Of a stretch of DNA of 64,000 nucleotides, positions 39,113 through 47,300 are shown in pieces. Every line of letters begins with the position of its first letter. The stretch's first letter is position 1. The position numbers were made by a program, and so were the translations under genes. The notes under the pieces were generated by a model. That model was not told the DNA's origin, ran no database searches, and saw nothing but the letters and a program-made list of their open reading frames with translations. The DNA is taken from positions 7,303 to 71,302 of the forward strand of contig CAZENF010000001.1 of assembly GCA_964513645.1 (NCBI GenBank), written 5' to 3'. The DNA is from an uncultured Candidatus Saccharibacteria bacterium (GTDB lineage: Bacteria > Patescibacteriota > Minisyncoccia > 2-02-FULL-40-12 > GWA2-44-9).

Positions 39113-39148
39113 CAAGGCCCCCGTTCAAACGGGGGCCTCTTCATTTTT
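39113..39148 (+). terminator. Rho-independent terminator
   Basis: GGCCCCCGTTCAAACGGGGGCC followed by a T-run. Confidence 0.65.
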
Positions 39149-39150
39149 AA

Positions 39151-39462
39151 TTATTTTTTAAATGTATTCAAAAAACCGAATATATCGCCAACTTCTTTAC
39201 GTAAATTGTCTATTTTTGTGTTGAGTTCCCGGGTCATCCGGTTAAGTTCTTCGAGACGCATTTCCCAAGTCATCGGTACTGCTCCAATAGCATGCCCGCA
39301 AGGATAAGCAACAGCCGTAAAAGAAGGAGACCCGCGATATCCGCTAAAAGAGCTCGGATCATGAGCTTCGTAATGAACATTTGAGATCAACTGTTCACAT
39401 TTTGGGCATTTTGCATTTTGCATGTTAGTATTAAGAGGTGGTTTAACCTTACATTGTCCCAC
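39151..39462 (-). CDS. Hypothetical small protein with a CxxC pair (possible zinc ribbon) and a C-terminal coiled coil
   Basis: CPKCEQ ... CGHAIG. Convergent with the GC-rich ORF. Confidence 0.35.
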   Translation of the reverse strand: MGQCKVKPPLNTNMQNAKCPKCEQLISNVHYEAHDPSSFSGYRGSPSFTAVAYPCGHAIGAVPMTWEMRLEELNRMTRELNTKIDNLRKEVGDIFGFLNTFKK

Positions 39463-39500
39463 AAAACTAAATACGCAACAAGCAAAAAGTTATCAACAAG

Positions 39501-40448
39501 ATGAGAAAAACAATATTCTACGGAGTTATTGCATTTACGATAGTCGGCGGAACTTATTTTTATTTCACGAAGGTTGCGGCTTGTCGAAGTCCGTTGGCTT
39601 ATGATATCGGGGCTTTCGATAACAGGTTCGGCGTCAATAAGGATAAATTTTTGAAAACCGCCAAAGAAGCCGAGTCTATTTGGGAAAAAAGTTCGGGCCA
39701 GGATTTGCTGGTTTACAAACCTGGAGCCGGTTTAAAAATAAACCTTATTTTTGACGAGCGTCAGGCCAATACAATAGCCGCAAATACTTCAAAAACGAAC
39801 ATTCAAGGCACTCGGACCGATTATGATGCTATGGTCGTGGAATATAAATCAAAATCTTCAGCTTACGATCAAGCTTTGAATAATTACAACTCAAGTGTTG
39901 CAGATTTTGAAACCCGCCTGAATGACTATAATCAACGGGTTCAGACAGCCAACAATGGAAAAGGCGCGGATTCGTCCCAATATAAACAGTTTGAGAATGA
40001 AAGAAAACAATTGGAAGCCGAGAAAGCAAGTTTAGACAACGAAAGAACCGTTCTTAATCAGTCGGCAGCAGAACTTAACTCTTTGGCCGACCAAATAAAC
40101 CAGCTTGGTAACCAGCTCAATATTCAAGTCGATATATTTAACCAACGTTTTGGAGTGGCAAAAGAATTTGACCAAGGCCAGTACAACGGCAAAGCCATAA
40201 ACATTTACCAATTTGATACAATAGGAGATCTGCGGCTGGTTATTGCTCACGAAATGGGCCACGCCCTCGGTCTTGGACATGTTCAAAATCCAAAATCTGT
40301 AATGTACTATCTGATGCAAAAACAAGATGTTGCAAACCCGACCTTAAGTCAGGAGGACAAAGATGCTTTAACAGCGTTGTGCACGCCTCACATACCGAAA
40401 CTTCAGGAACTTTTTAATTATGTTCCTCATATGGACCAAAGTAATTAG
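39501..40448 (+). CDS. Membrane-anchored metzincin (matrixin-like) zinc metalloprotease
   Basis: N-terminal TM helix. A Gln/Asn-rich coiled region. HEMGHALGLGH, consistent with HExxHxxGxxH. Confidence 0.75.
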   Translation: MRKTIFYGVIAFTIVGGTYFYFTKVAACRSPLAYDIGAFDNRFGVNKDKFLKTAKEAESIWEKSSGQDLLVYKPGAGLKINLIFDERQANTIAANTSKTNIQGTRTDYDAMVVEYKSKSSAYDQALNNYNSSVADFETRLNDYNQRVQTANNGKGADSSQYKQFENERKQLEAEKASLDNERTVLNQSAAELNSLADQINQLGNQLNIQVDIFNQRFGVAKEFDQGQYNGKAINIYQFDTIGDLRLVIAHEMGHALGLGHVQNPKSVMYYLMQKQDVANPTLSQEDKDALTALCTPHIPKLQELFNYVPHMDQSN

Positions 40449-40462
40449 AGTTCGGTTCCTTA

Positions 40463-41035
40463 TCATTCCTTAGTCACTCTCTCAACATATTCACCGGTTC
40501 CGGTATTTATCCGGACGATATCTCCTTGATTAATAAAAAGAGGGGTATTTATCATAGCGCCTGTTTCTATTTTCACCTGCTTAACCCCGCCTTGAGCCGT
40601 ATCACCTCTGACAGCCGGAGGCGCTTCGATAACTTTATAATCCATTTTTACCGGCAATTCGACGGTGATTATCTTATCTTCGAAAGAAACGGCTTCGAGG
40701 GTGGTATTCGGTTTTAAAAATTTGGTTGAATCTCCCAGAATATCTTGCCCGAGCTCAAAGCGTTTTGAAGGATCGTTCTCCTGACAAAACCAAAACTGGT
40801 CTCGGTGACTATAAAGGTATTTAACTTTTAATTTTTCCACATCGGCTTCTTCAAAGACGTCCGATTGGGCAAAATTTCTTTCGAGTATCTTCCCGTTTAT
40901 AAGATTACGCATCCTGACCTGGACTGTCGGCCGGCGTTGCTGCATTTTTAAATGATGGGTATCCAAAACAACATAGGGCTGACCCTCGTACAGGAAAAAG
41001 GTCTTAGATTTTAGCTCGTTTACTCCTAATGACAT
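40463..41035 (-). CDS. efp: Elongation factor P
   Basis: 190 aa. KPNTTLEAVSFEDKII and GDTAQGGVKQVKIETGA. The EF-P fold. Confidence 0.95.
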   Translation of the reverse strand: MSLGVNELKSKTFFLYEGQPYVVLDTHHLKMQQRRPTVQVRMRNLINGKILERNFAQSDVFEEADVEKLKVKYLYSHRDQFWFCQENDPSKRFELGQDILGDSTKFLKPNTTLEAVSFEDKIITVELPVKMDYKVIEAPPAVRGDTAQGGVKQVKIETGAMINTPLFINQGDIVRINTGTGEYVERVTKE

Positions 41036-41089
41036 ATTAGATAAAACAACTCTGATATTATATCAAAAAGGGGTTATAATTACAAATTT

Positions 41090-41863
41090 TTATTTTTTAA
41101 ACATAAGAGTTCCCAAAAATATCGCCCCGGCGGATAGGATTATTGTCGGACCGGGACTTATGCCGAAATAATTAGCAATAAGGATGCCCAGAAGAGAGGA
41201 CAGGCCTCCGAAAATAAGGGATAATTTATTGTATTGGGCAAGGTTTACGGATACGTTTTTGGCCGCCGCCGCCGGAATAATAACCAATGAGCCTGTCAGG
41301 ACCGTTCCAGCAACTTTGACACCGAGAGCAACAATGAAAGCAACGAGAAAAAGAAAAATAAAATTTATTCTGTTGATGGGGATTTTCAAGGCTTGAGCAA
41401 GTTCTTTTGAAATTATACCTAACATCAGGCGTTCCGATATTTGTTTTATAACAAGAATTATAATTATGGTCAGACTTAAGGTCAGCCAGAGATCGAACAG
41501 ATTTATCTTTGAAATATCACCGAATAATGCCTCGAGAAGTTCCGGTTCAGGAGTTAAAAGAAATCCCAAAGCCAAACTTAAAGTGAACATTATCCCGACA
41601 AGGGTTTCTGAAGGAAGTTCTGTCTTTTTTTCAAGAAGCCAGATAAGATTGATGGCCAGAAAAAGCGCCGCAAAAGCTCCGAAAAAAGGATTTATTTTAA
41701 ACAATAAAGCGACAGCAATCCCCGGTAAAGCAACATGTGATAACGCATCCCCGACGAGAGACATTCGGCGCAAGACCATGAATGAGCCGACATAGCCGGC
41801 GCCTAAGCCGATCAATATTCCTGTCGCCAGTTGAATAAGAAAATAATTAGTCATGATCGCCAT
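41090..41863 (-). CDS. Metal (Zn/Mn) ABC transporter permease
   Basis: ZnuB/MntB-like polytopic protein with GDALSHVALPGIA. Confidence 0.85.
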   Translation of the reverse strand: MAIMTNYFLIQLATGILIGLGAGYVGSFMVLRRMSLVGDALSHVALPGIAVALLFKINPFFGAFAALFLAINLIWLLEKKTELPSETLVGIMFTLSLALGFLLTPEPELLEALFGDISKINLFDLWLTLSLTIIIILVIKQISERLMLGIISKELAQALKIPINRINFIFLFLVAFIVALGVKVAGTVLTGSLVIIPAAAAKNVSVNLAQYNKLSLIFGGLSSLLGILIANYFGISPGPTIILSAGAIFLGTLMFKK

Positions 41864-42578
41864 GTTGATAGAAACCGGCTTCTCCGCCGTATAATTTGGC
41901 CAGAGAGGCGGGATCCAGAACGCTCGCAGGAATTCCGTAACATATCATCTCTTTGTTAAGACACAGAACATTGTTGGCATATTTATAAACTATATTGAGG
42001 TCATGGGATATCAGGAGGATGGTCATTTTTCTTTCATCATGAAGTTTTTTAAGAAGATTATATACCGTTTCTTCGCCGCCAAGATCAATTCCCGCGGTCG
42101 GCTCATCAAAGAGAAGAATGTCCGGATTATCAAGTAACGCCCAGGCGATAAGAACCCGTTGAAGCTGGCCTCCGGACAACCAGCCCAGACGTTGTTTAAG
42201 GACGTGCTGTTCGATATGGTATTCCGAATGGTGTTGGGATTTACCTGTCATTATGCCCAAAGAATTTAAAATATCGACTATCTCATTGATATTTTTCTTT
42301 TTAAATTTTAAAAACTCTTCAACACTCAAAGGTAACTCGTGGTCGACAGAGATCTTTTGGGGGACATAGCTGATCTTTAAATCTTTGGCCCATTCAACTT
42401 GCCCGGTGTAAGGCAAAAGGCCTAAAAGCGTCTTAAACAAAACAGATTTGCCGGCACCATTCGGCCCGATCACAGCCATAACGTCGCCCTTATTAACTGA
42501 AAAGCTAAGGTCCTTCAGAATAGGGTCGGAACCAAAAGAAACCTTTAAGTTCTCGACTTTTAAAATAGTTTCGGACAT
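41847..42578 (-). CDS. Metal ABC transporter ATP-binding protein
   Basis: Walker A GPNGAGKS, signature LSGGQLQRV, Walker B LLFDEPTAGID. Confidence 0.9.
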   Translation of the reverse strand: MSETILKVENLKVSFGSDPILKDLSFSVNKGDVMAVIGPNGAGKSVLFKTLLGLLPYTGQVEWAKDLKISYVPQKISVDHELPLSVEEFLKFKKKNINEIVDILNSLGIMTGKSQHHSEYHIEQHVLKQRLGWLSGGQLQRVLIAWALLDNPDILLFDEPTAGIDLGGEETVYNLLKKLHDERKMTILLISHDLNIVYKYANNVLCLNKEMICYGIPASVLDPASLAKLYGGEAGFYQHGDHD

Positions 42579-42668
42579 GTTAATTAAATAATATCATTAT
42601 TTTTCAGGATTAGCCATCAAATAACCAACTTCTTTACTTTTTAATAAATCTATGTTATAATTTAAAAC

Positions 42669-43472
42669 ATGGAAGAAAGCTCAATAAATCCTATAAAATA
42701 CGTGGTCATCTTAGGTTTAATCTTCGTTATAATTGCGGGTCTTTTTCTGTTGCCTTTGATAGCAATTAAAGCCCAGACCAACAGTTCTTTCAGTCAATCC
42801 ATTGCCGGTAGCACGATCTGTTCGGCAGGTTTAGGCTGCAACCAACCGAAAACTTCTGGTCAGACCGGCCAGACTTCTCAAACCACGCAAAGTGCTTCAA
42901 CTAATATTTTACCTTTTAACCTTTTTGGCGGCGGCTCTGATACCGGAAGTAAGGCCGGCGCGCCGGTCCTTACGATAGTTAATGTTGAAGGCGATACCGC
43001 CGTTTATAGGATAATTAACGGTCTTAAACACTCTATACCAACAACCCAAATATTTTACAGCTACAACCTGACCCTCGATATGGTTCAAAAGGTCACACCG
43101 GAAGAACTGGCCCAGTATCCGACTGCCCGGCTTTTCCAAGTTGAAGGAGACGACACCAAAACAGTTTACTACCTGACGGACAATGGAATGGTGAGGCCGA
43201 TATTGAACGACAAGGTTTTTTACTCATATGGCGACAGGAAAGAAGATATAATCACCATAAATCAAAAAGAGTTTAATTATTATCCTCGCGATCAGTATAT
43301 ATTCGTTGAAAGACCGACCGTCGACCGCGAGATATATCAAATAACCGGCGGCGTGAAAAGATATCTGACTCCGGTTGCGGTCAAAAGAATGAACCTAAAA
43401 GAATCCGAGATCGCCCCGATAAACCAGACCGAATTTGATGCTTATCCTGACGGTGAATCGATAATATTCTAA
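42669..43472 (+). CDS. Membrane-anchored extracytoplasmic protein with three ~50-aa repeats (VYxIxxGxK/RxxI...FYSY...YP)
   Basis: Repeats at AVYRIINGLKHSIP, TVYYLTDNGMVRPI and EIYQITGGVKRYLTPV. The same motif family occurs in the C-terminal modules of the 10207 and 14743 proteins (DPDVYIINSFGYKRLF, DPKVYGVETTG). Confidence 0.55.
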   Translation: MEESSINPIKYVVILGLIFVIIAGLFLLPLIAIKAQTNSSFSQSIAGSTICSAGLGCNQPKTSGQTGQTSQTTQSASTNILPFNLFGGGSDTGSKAGAPVLTIVNVEGDTAVYRIINGLKHSIPTTQIFYSYNLTLDMVQKVTPEELAQYPTARLFQVEGDDTKTVYYLTDNGMVRPILNDKVFYSYGDRKEDIITINQKEFNYYPRDQYIFVERPTVDREIYQITGGVKRYLTPVAVKRMNLKESEIAPINQTEFDAYPDGESIIF

Positions 43473-43512
43473 ACTCTATAAAACAAATTTATTAAAAAAT
43501 ATCACATTTTAA

Positions 43513-43713
43513 TTTAATCCCGAAATTATAATCTTAGGCGGGGGAATAATTTTCAGCAATGGTCATCTTTTGACTGAAACCTTAAAGAAGTTAGAAGAAT
43601 TTTCAGAGTCAGACAAAAATAAAATTCCTGCAATTGAGTTTGCCCAAACCGGACATAAGGTTAATCTCGGAGCGGCAAAATATGCATTTGACTCGTTGGA
43701 GCTTAAAAAATAA
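43513..43713 (+). pseudogene. C-terminal remnant (~66 codons) of a ROK-family sugar kinase (glucokinase-like)
   Basis: Frame 1 reads EIIILGGGIIFSNGHLLTETLKKLEEF...IPAIEFAQTGHKVNLGAAKYAFDSLELKK*. This matches the ROK C-terminal (IVLGGGV..AG..LL ... LGNDAG..GAA.LA). No start codon; the N-terminal roughly 240 aa are missing. Confidence 0.5.
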
Positions 43714-43745
43714 AAGAGGCCTGTCGGCCTCTTTTGGTTTTCTTA
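43714..43745. terminator. Bidirectional terminator
   Basis: AAGAGGCCTGTCGGCCTCTT hairpin then TTGGTTTTC. Confidence 0.6.
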
Positions 43746-45311
43746 TCTTGCGTCAAAGAACATCAATTCTTTGTGTTTTTCAAGCAATTCTTTCCTAATG
43801 ATATGGGTCTTGATTATATCCTGATAGGTCAAGGCGCTGGGTCGGACACTCCTTTCCAAATTACTTTCTCGGTCTATTTTTATCAGACCGAAATGAGAGA
43901 AAGAAGCATCTCCTGGCTCCCAAGTATCGACCAAGGACCAATACTGGTAACCAAGAATGTTGACCCCATTTTCCATCGCGTCGTGGATAGCTTTTAAATG
44001 TATGACCATAAATTCTTCCCTGAACCTATCTTCCGGATCATCAATACCGTTCTCGGTGATCACTATTGGTAAACCATAATCTTTGAATTTCATTATAAGA
44101 TCATACAATCCTTGCGGATAGAATTCCTTGGGTCTCAAGCCTTGAGGAAAAGTATCCGGGCCGAACCACTGGACCGCGAAGGGTTTATTGGCGGTCAGCC
44201 ATGAGAGAACATAGTTCGCCAAAGAAATATGGAGCTTAAGTTTTGCCCGACCGTAATAATTCAATCCGATGAAATCCCTGTCTGTCTTCCCCGCAAAAGA
44301 ATCGAGTGAAAGAGTATAAATGAGATTAAAAAAATTATCTGCCAGCTTATCCAGGTCCGAGTCTTTATCATAAGGGTAAAAAGCGCCCGGAGCGGAAGCA
44401 AAACTTACCATGATCTTGTCTCTTTGACCGGTACCGTAACCCATAACCAGATGGATAGACCGATAAGCCAGACGGTGTCCATCGAGAATGTTTGAAGCAA
44501 CGCGCATCATTCTGGCAAAACCTTCCTTGTCCTGTAAATTTGAAATCCCTTTGAACGGCGGCCAACTGCCGTTTCCGTAAGGCACAATAATGCTGAACTG
44601 TGGCTCGTTAAAGGTAAGCCACCATTTAATTTTAAGAGGTATTCCGATATTTTTAGCGACAAATTCGGCATATCTTCCGTAATAGTAAGATGCGTGTTGA
44701 TCTTCCCATCCGCCTTTCTCTGCGAACCATTGAGGAAGCGGAAAGTGGTTAAGACATATCATCGGCTCAATACCACGCTTTTTCATAAAAGAAAAAATTT
44801 CCCTATATTTACGGACAGCGGACATATCCCATTCTCCTTCTTCAGGTTCTATTCTTGCCCATTCAAGTGATATCCGGTGAACTTGAGTTAATTTGCGGCC
44901 CCCTGCGGTAGCCAGGTCAAAGTCTTCACGATAACGTTCGTACAGCTCATTAGCCGTTCCTGGATAGACCGGTTCTTGTTCCAAACCTTTCTTTGCTATA
45001 GAATCTTTTTTTAGAATTTCAGTTAACTTGTCCCAATTAACTTCCCAATCCGAATTCGGACTTAAACCTTGAGTTTGAAAATCAGAATAAGATGTACCAA
45101 AAAAGAAATCGTCCGGAAAAACGATATCCTCAAAGATCTTGTTTTTGGAAACCGGCTGTGGCGTTTCTTTTTTAACCTCGGTACTTTCCGAAGATAAATT
45201 CTGATGTTTTTTATTTACTTCGTTACGCCAGCCAACAAAATAGCCGGTCATAAAAATACCAATTACGAGGATGGCAAGAAAAACAAATCTCAATATAATA
45301 GCTTTGAGCAT
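43743..45311 (-). CDS. Glycoside hydrolase family 1 (beta-glucosidase-like), N-terminal TM anchor
   Basis: LTFNEP (acid/base) and ITENG (nucleophile) are GH1 signatures. TM helix at the N-terminus. Confidence 0.85.
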   Translation of the reverse strand: MLKAIILRFVFLAILVIGIFMTGYFVGWRNEVNKKHQNLSSESTEVKKETPQPVSKNKIFEDIVFPDDFFFGTSYSDFQTQGLSPNSDWEVNWDKLTEILKKDSIAKKGLEQEPVYPGTANELYERYREDFDLATAGGRKLTQVHRISLEWARIEPEEGEWDMSAVRKYREIFSFMKKRGIEPMICLNHFPLPQWFAEKGGWEDQHASYYYGRYAEFVAKNIGIPLKIKWWLTFNEPQFSIIVPYGNGSWPPFKGISNLQDKEGFARMMRVASNILDGHRLAYRSIHLVMGYGTGQRDKIMVSFASAPGAFYPYDKDSDLDKLADNFFNLIYTLSLDSFAGKTDRDFIGLNYYGRAKLKLHISLANYVLSWLTANKPFAVQWFGPDTFPQGLRPKEFYPQGLYDLIMKFKDYGLPIVITENGIDDPEDRFREEFMVIHLKAIHDAMENGVNILGYQYWSLVDTWEPGDASFSHFGLIKIDRESNLERSVRPSALTYQDIIKTHIIRKELLEKHKELMFFDAR

Positions 45312-45331
45312 GCTCCCTCTTTGTGAAGGTA

Positions 45332-46294
45332 CTATTCCAGCACAGAGCCGGGGAAATCTGGATGGCCGTTGAGAAATGATTTGGCATCCATTATTTTTCC
45401 GCCCTCAAGCTGGATCTGCTTGAGAATTAAATAGCATTTTTTGGTCGTTACTGCAATTAAACCGTTGTGGATTTTCATCACGGTTCCAGGCGCTTTTTGT
45501 TCTTCTTTTTCGAGGCAAAATATTTCGGTATCTAAGATGTTCAAAACCTTGCCGTTCCATTTTGTCCAGGTTCCCGGCTCCGGATTAAGAGCTCTGGTTT
45601 TATTCCAGATATCCTTAGCCGACAGATTCCAATTTATCCGGCCCGAATCACGGTTCAGAAGTTTGGTAAAAGTGGCTTCCGCATCATTTTGGACCTGAAA
45701 TTTAAGTTCGGATGAGATATATTTTGGCAGAACATCAATTAAAAGTTCGGCTCCAAGTTTTGCCAAATCCTCTTCCGTCTCTTTATAATTTTGAGCAGTT
45801 GACAATTGGTAACCGATAACTGCTAAGACCGGCCCGTGGTCAATCTTTTCATCCATCTTCATTATTGTAACCCCAGTTTTTTCGTCGCCATTGAGAATTG
45901 CATTTTGGATAGGGGAGGGTCCGCGGTATTTAGGAAGGAGTGACGGATGTATGTTTATAAAACCATAATGCGGTAAATCAAGATACCGGGCCGGAATTAT
46001 TTTACCGTAAGCGGCGAGAACACACATATCCGGCTCGAGATTTTTGAATTGTTTAAAGAAATCGTCATTCTTCAGATCGTGTGGTTCAAAAACAGAAATA
46101 TTATTTTCTTCGGCAAGTTTCTTGACTGGACTAGGGATAGTGATTCTTTTCCTTCCGGCTGGTTTTTCGGGTTGAGTAATGACGGCCTTAACATTGTATC
46201 CGAAATTGATAAGATTTTTCAAGGTCGGAACTGCAAAGGATGAGGTACCGAAAAACAAGGTTTTAACTGGTTTATTTTGTTCTTGATTTATCAT
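45332..46294 (-). CDS. fmt: Methionyl-tRNA formyltransferase
   Basis: FFGTSSFAVPTL, HPSLLPKYRGPSPIQ, and the C-terminal Fmt domain. Confidence 0.9.
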   Translation of the reverse strand: MINQEQNKPVKTLFFGTSSFAVPTLKNLINFGYNVKAVITQPEKPAGRKRITIPSPVKKLAEENNISVFEPHDLKNDDFFKQFKNLEPDMCVLAAYGKIIPARYLDLPHYGFINIHPSLLPKYRGPSPIQNAILNGDEKTGVTIMKMDEKIDHGPVLAVIGYQLSTAQNYKETEEDLAKLGAELLIDVLPKYISSELKFQVQNDAEATFTKLLNRDSGRINWNLSAKDIWNKTRALNPEPGTWTKWNGKVLNILDTEIFCLEKEEQKAPGTVMKIHNGLIAVTTKKCYLILKQIQLEGGKIMDAKSFLNGHPDFPGSVLE

Positions 46295-46328
46295 AGTTTA
46301 TATGGTATAATATCAAAGGAGGTGGGAA

Positions 46329-46577
46329 TTGGAACAGTTCATTTCATATTTGTCACTGCACGTAGTTGCGACCGGAACAGTGATCTTCTTTCTCGGGCTG
46401 ATGCTCCTCGTGAGCGGTGCAATCGGATCGATGGTTCAGTTGCCCATGATTCAGAGCTGTCGCCGACACCGGCTCGCTCTCTACAAGAGCTGGTCGGGCA
46501 CACTGGTCCAGATCGGCGGTTCAATCATGGTCATCGCATTTCTGATGGTCTTACTCATCACCGAATACCCCATATAA
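46329..46577 (+). CDS. Small two-TM membrane protein in a GC-rich (~55 %) islet
   Basis: 82 aa, two hydrophobic helices. The islet lies between def and fmt. Composition is atypical. Confidence 0.35.
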   Translation: MEQFISYLSLHVVATGTVIFFLGLMLLVSGAIGSMVQLPMIQSCRRHRLALYKSWSGTLVQIGGSIMVIAFLMVLLITEYPI

Positions 46578-46586
46578 GGAGCAGCC

Positions 46587-46759
46587 ATGTTTTTACTGAC
46601 CACTGTTCTACTCGCTCTCGGATTCTTCGGCGTCCGTTGGGCCTTCCAGGTTGCCAAGAGCAACAAGGACAGGGCAACCAACGTACTCACGGCGGCCACG
46701 GGTTGCATCTTCATCCTTTGCGGGATCGCAGGTGTGATCCTCCTGGTCTACAGACCGTG
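46587..46759 (+). CDS. Second small two-TM membrane protein (57 aa) in the GC-rich islet (not in the ORF track; coordinates +/-2)
   Basis: AAGGAG ribosome-binding site 5 nt upstream. MFLLTTVLLALGFFGVRWAF...GIAGVILLVYRP. Terminator GGCCCGCGTAAAACGCGGGCC with a T-run follows. Confidence 0.3.
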
Positions 46760-46771
46760 ACCACTTCTCTC

Positions 46772-46807
46772 TGACGGCCCGCGTAAAACGCGGGCCTCAC
46801 TATTTTT
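46772..46807 (+). terminator. Rho-independent terminator after the GC-rich islet
   Basis: GGCCCGCG-TAAAA-CGCGGGCC followed by TCACTATTTTTT. Confidence 0.6.
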
Positions 46808-47255
46808 TAAACCTGTCTTTTATCGTCAGTCCGTTCAAATGATCGGTCTCATGCTGGATAACTCTGGCCAAGAAACTCTTGGCTTTTAGTTTAACTTTCT
46901 CACCTTTCTCGCTCATAAATTTTATCCTTATTTTCTTTGAGCGTTTTATCTTGGCATAATACTCTGGAATAGAAAGACAACCTTCTTCAACCTCGTCTTT
47001 TTCTTTTGAATATTCAGTTATCTCGGGATTTATGTATACTTCGGGAGCGTTCTTGTCTTCGGCAAATTTTGGGTCAACGACAAAGATGGCCAAGTCTTTG
47101 CCGATCTGATTGGCAGCTAAACCGACGCCTTGATTTGCTTTCATGGTTTCTTTCATGGTCAAAATCAGTTCCTTAAAGGAACCTTTCTTGATATCTTCTA
47201 TCGACACCTGTTTTATCTTCCTTTTTAAGATTTTATCAGGAAGTTTAGTTATCAT
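46800..47255 (-). CDS. def: Peptide deformylase
   Basis: GVGLAANQIG, EGCLSIP and HETDHLNG motifs. Confidence 0.9.
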   Translation of the reverse strand: MITKLPDKILKRKIKQVSIEDIKKGSFKELILTMKETMKANQGVGLAANQIGKDLAIFVVDPKFAEDKNAPEVYINPEITEYSKEKDEVEEGCLSIPEYYAKIKRSKKIRIKFMSEKGEKVKLKAKSFLARVIQHETDHLNGLTIKDRFKK

Positions 47256-47300
47256 TTATATTAAAAATTAACACTTAAGGATATCACAAAAAAATGAATA

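Noticed and set aside
41847-42578. Missing ZnuA-like substrate-binding protein as an anomaly
   Set aside because: Binding-protein genes are often encoded elsewhere; this is not informative on its own.
46277-46774. 165-aa Arg/His-rich ORF across the GC-rich islet
   Set aside because: Its composition (R/H/P/G-rich, no hydrophobic core) is typical of an off-frame read through GC-rich DNA. The two small hydrophobic ORFs in another frame have a ribosome-binding site and a terminator.
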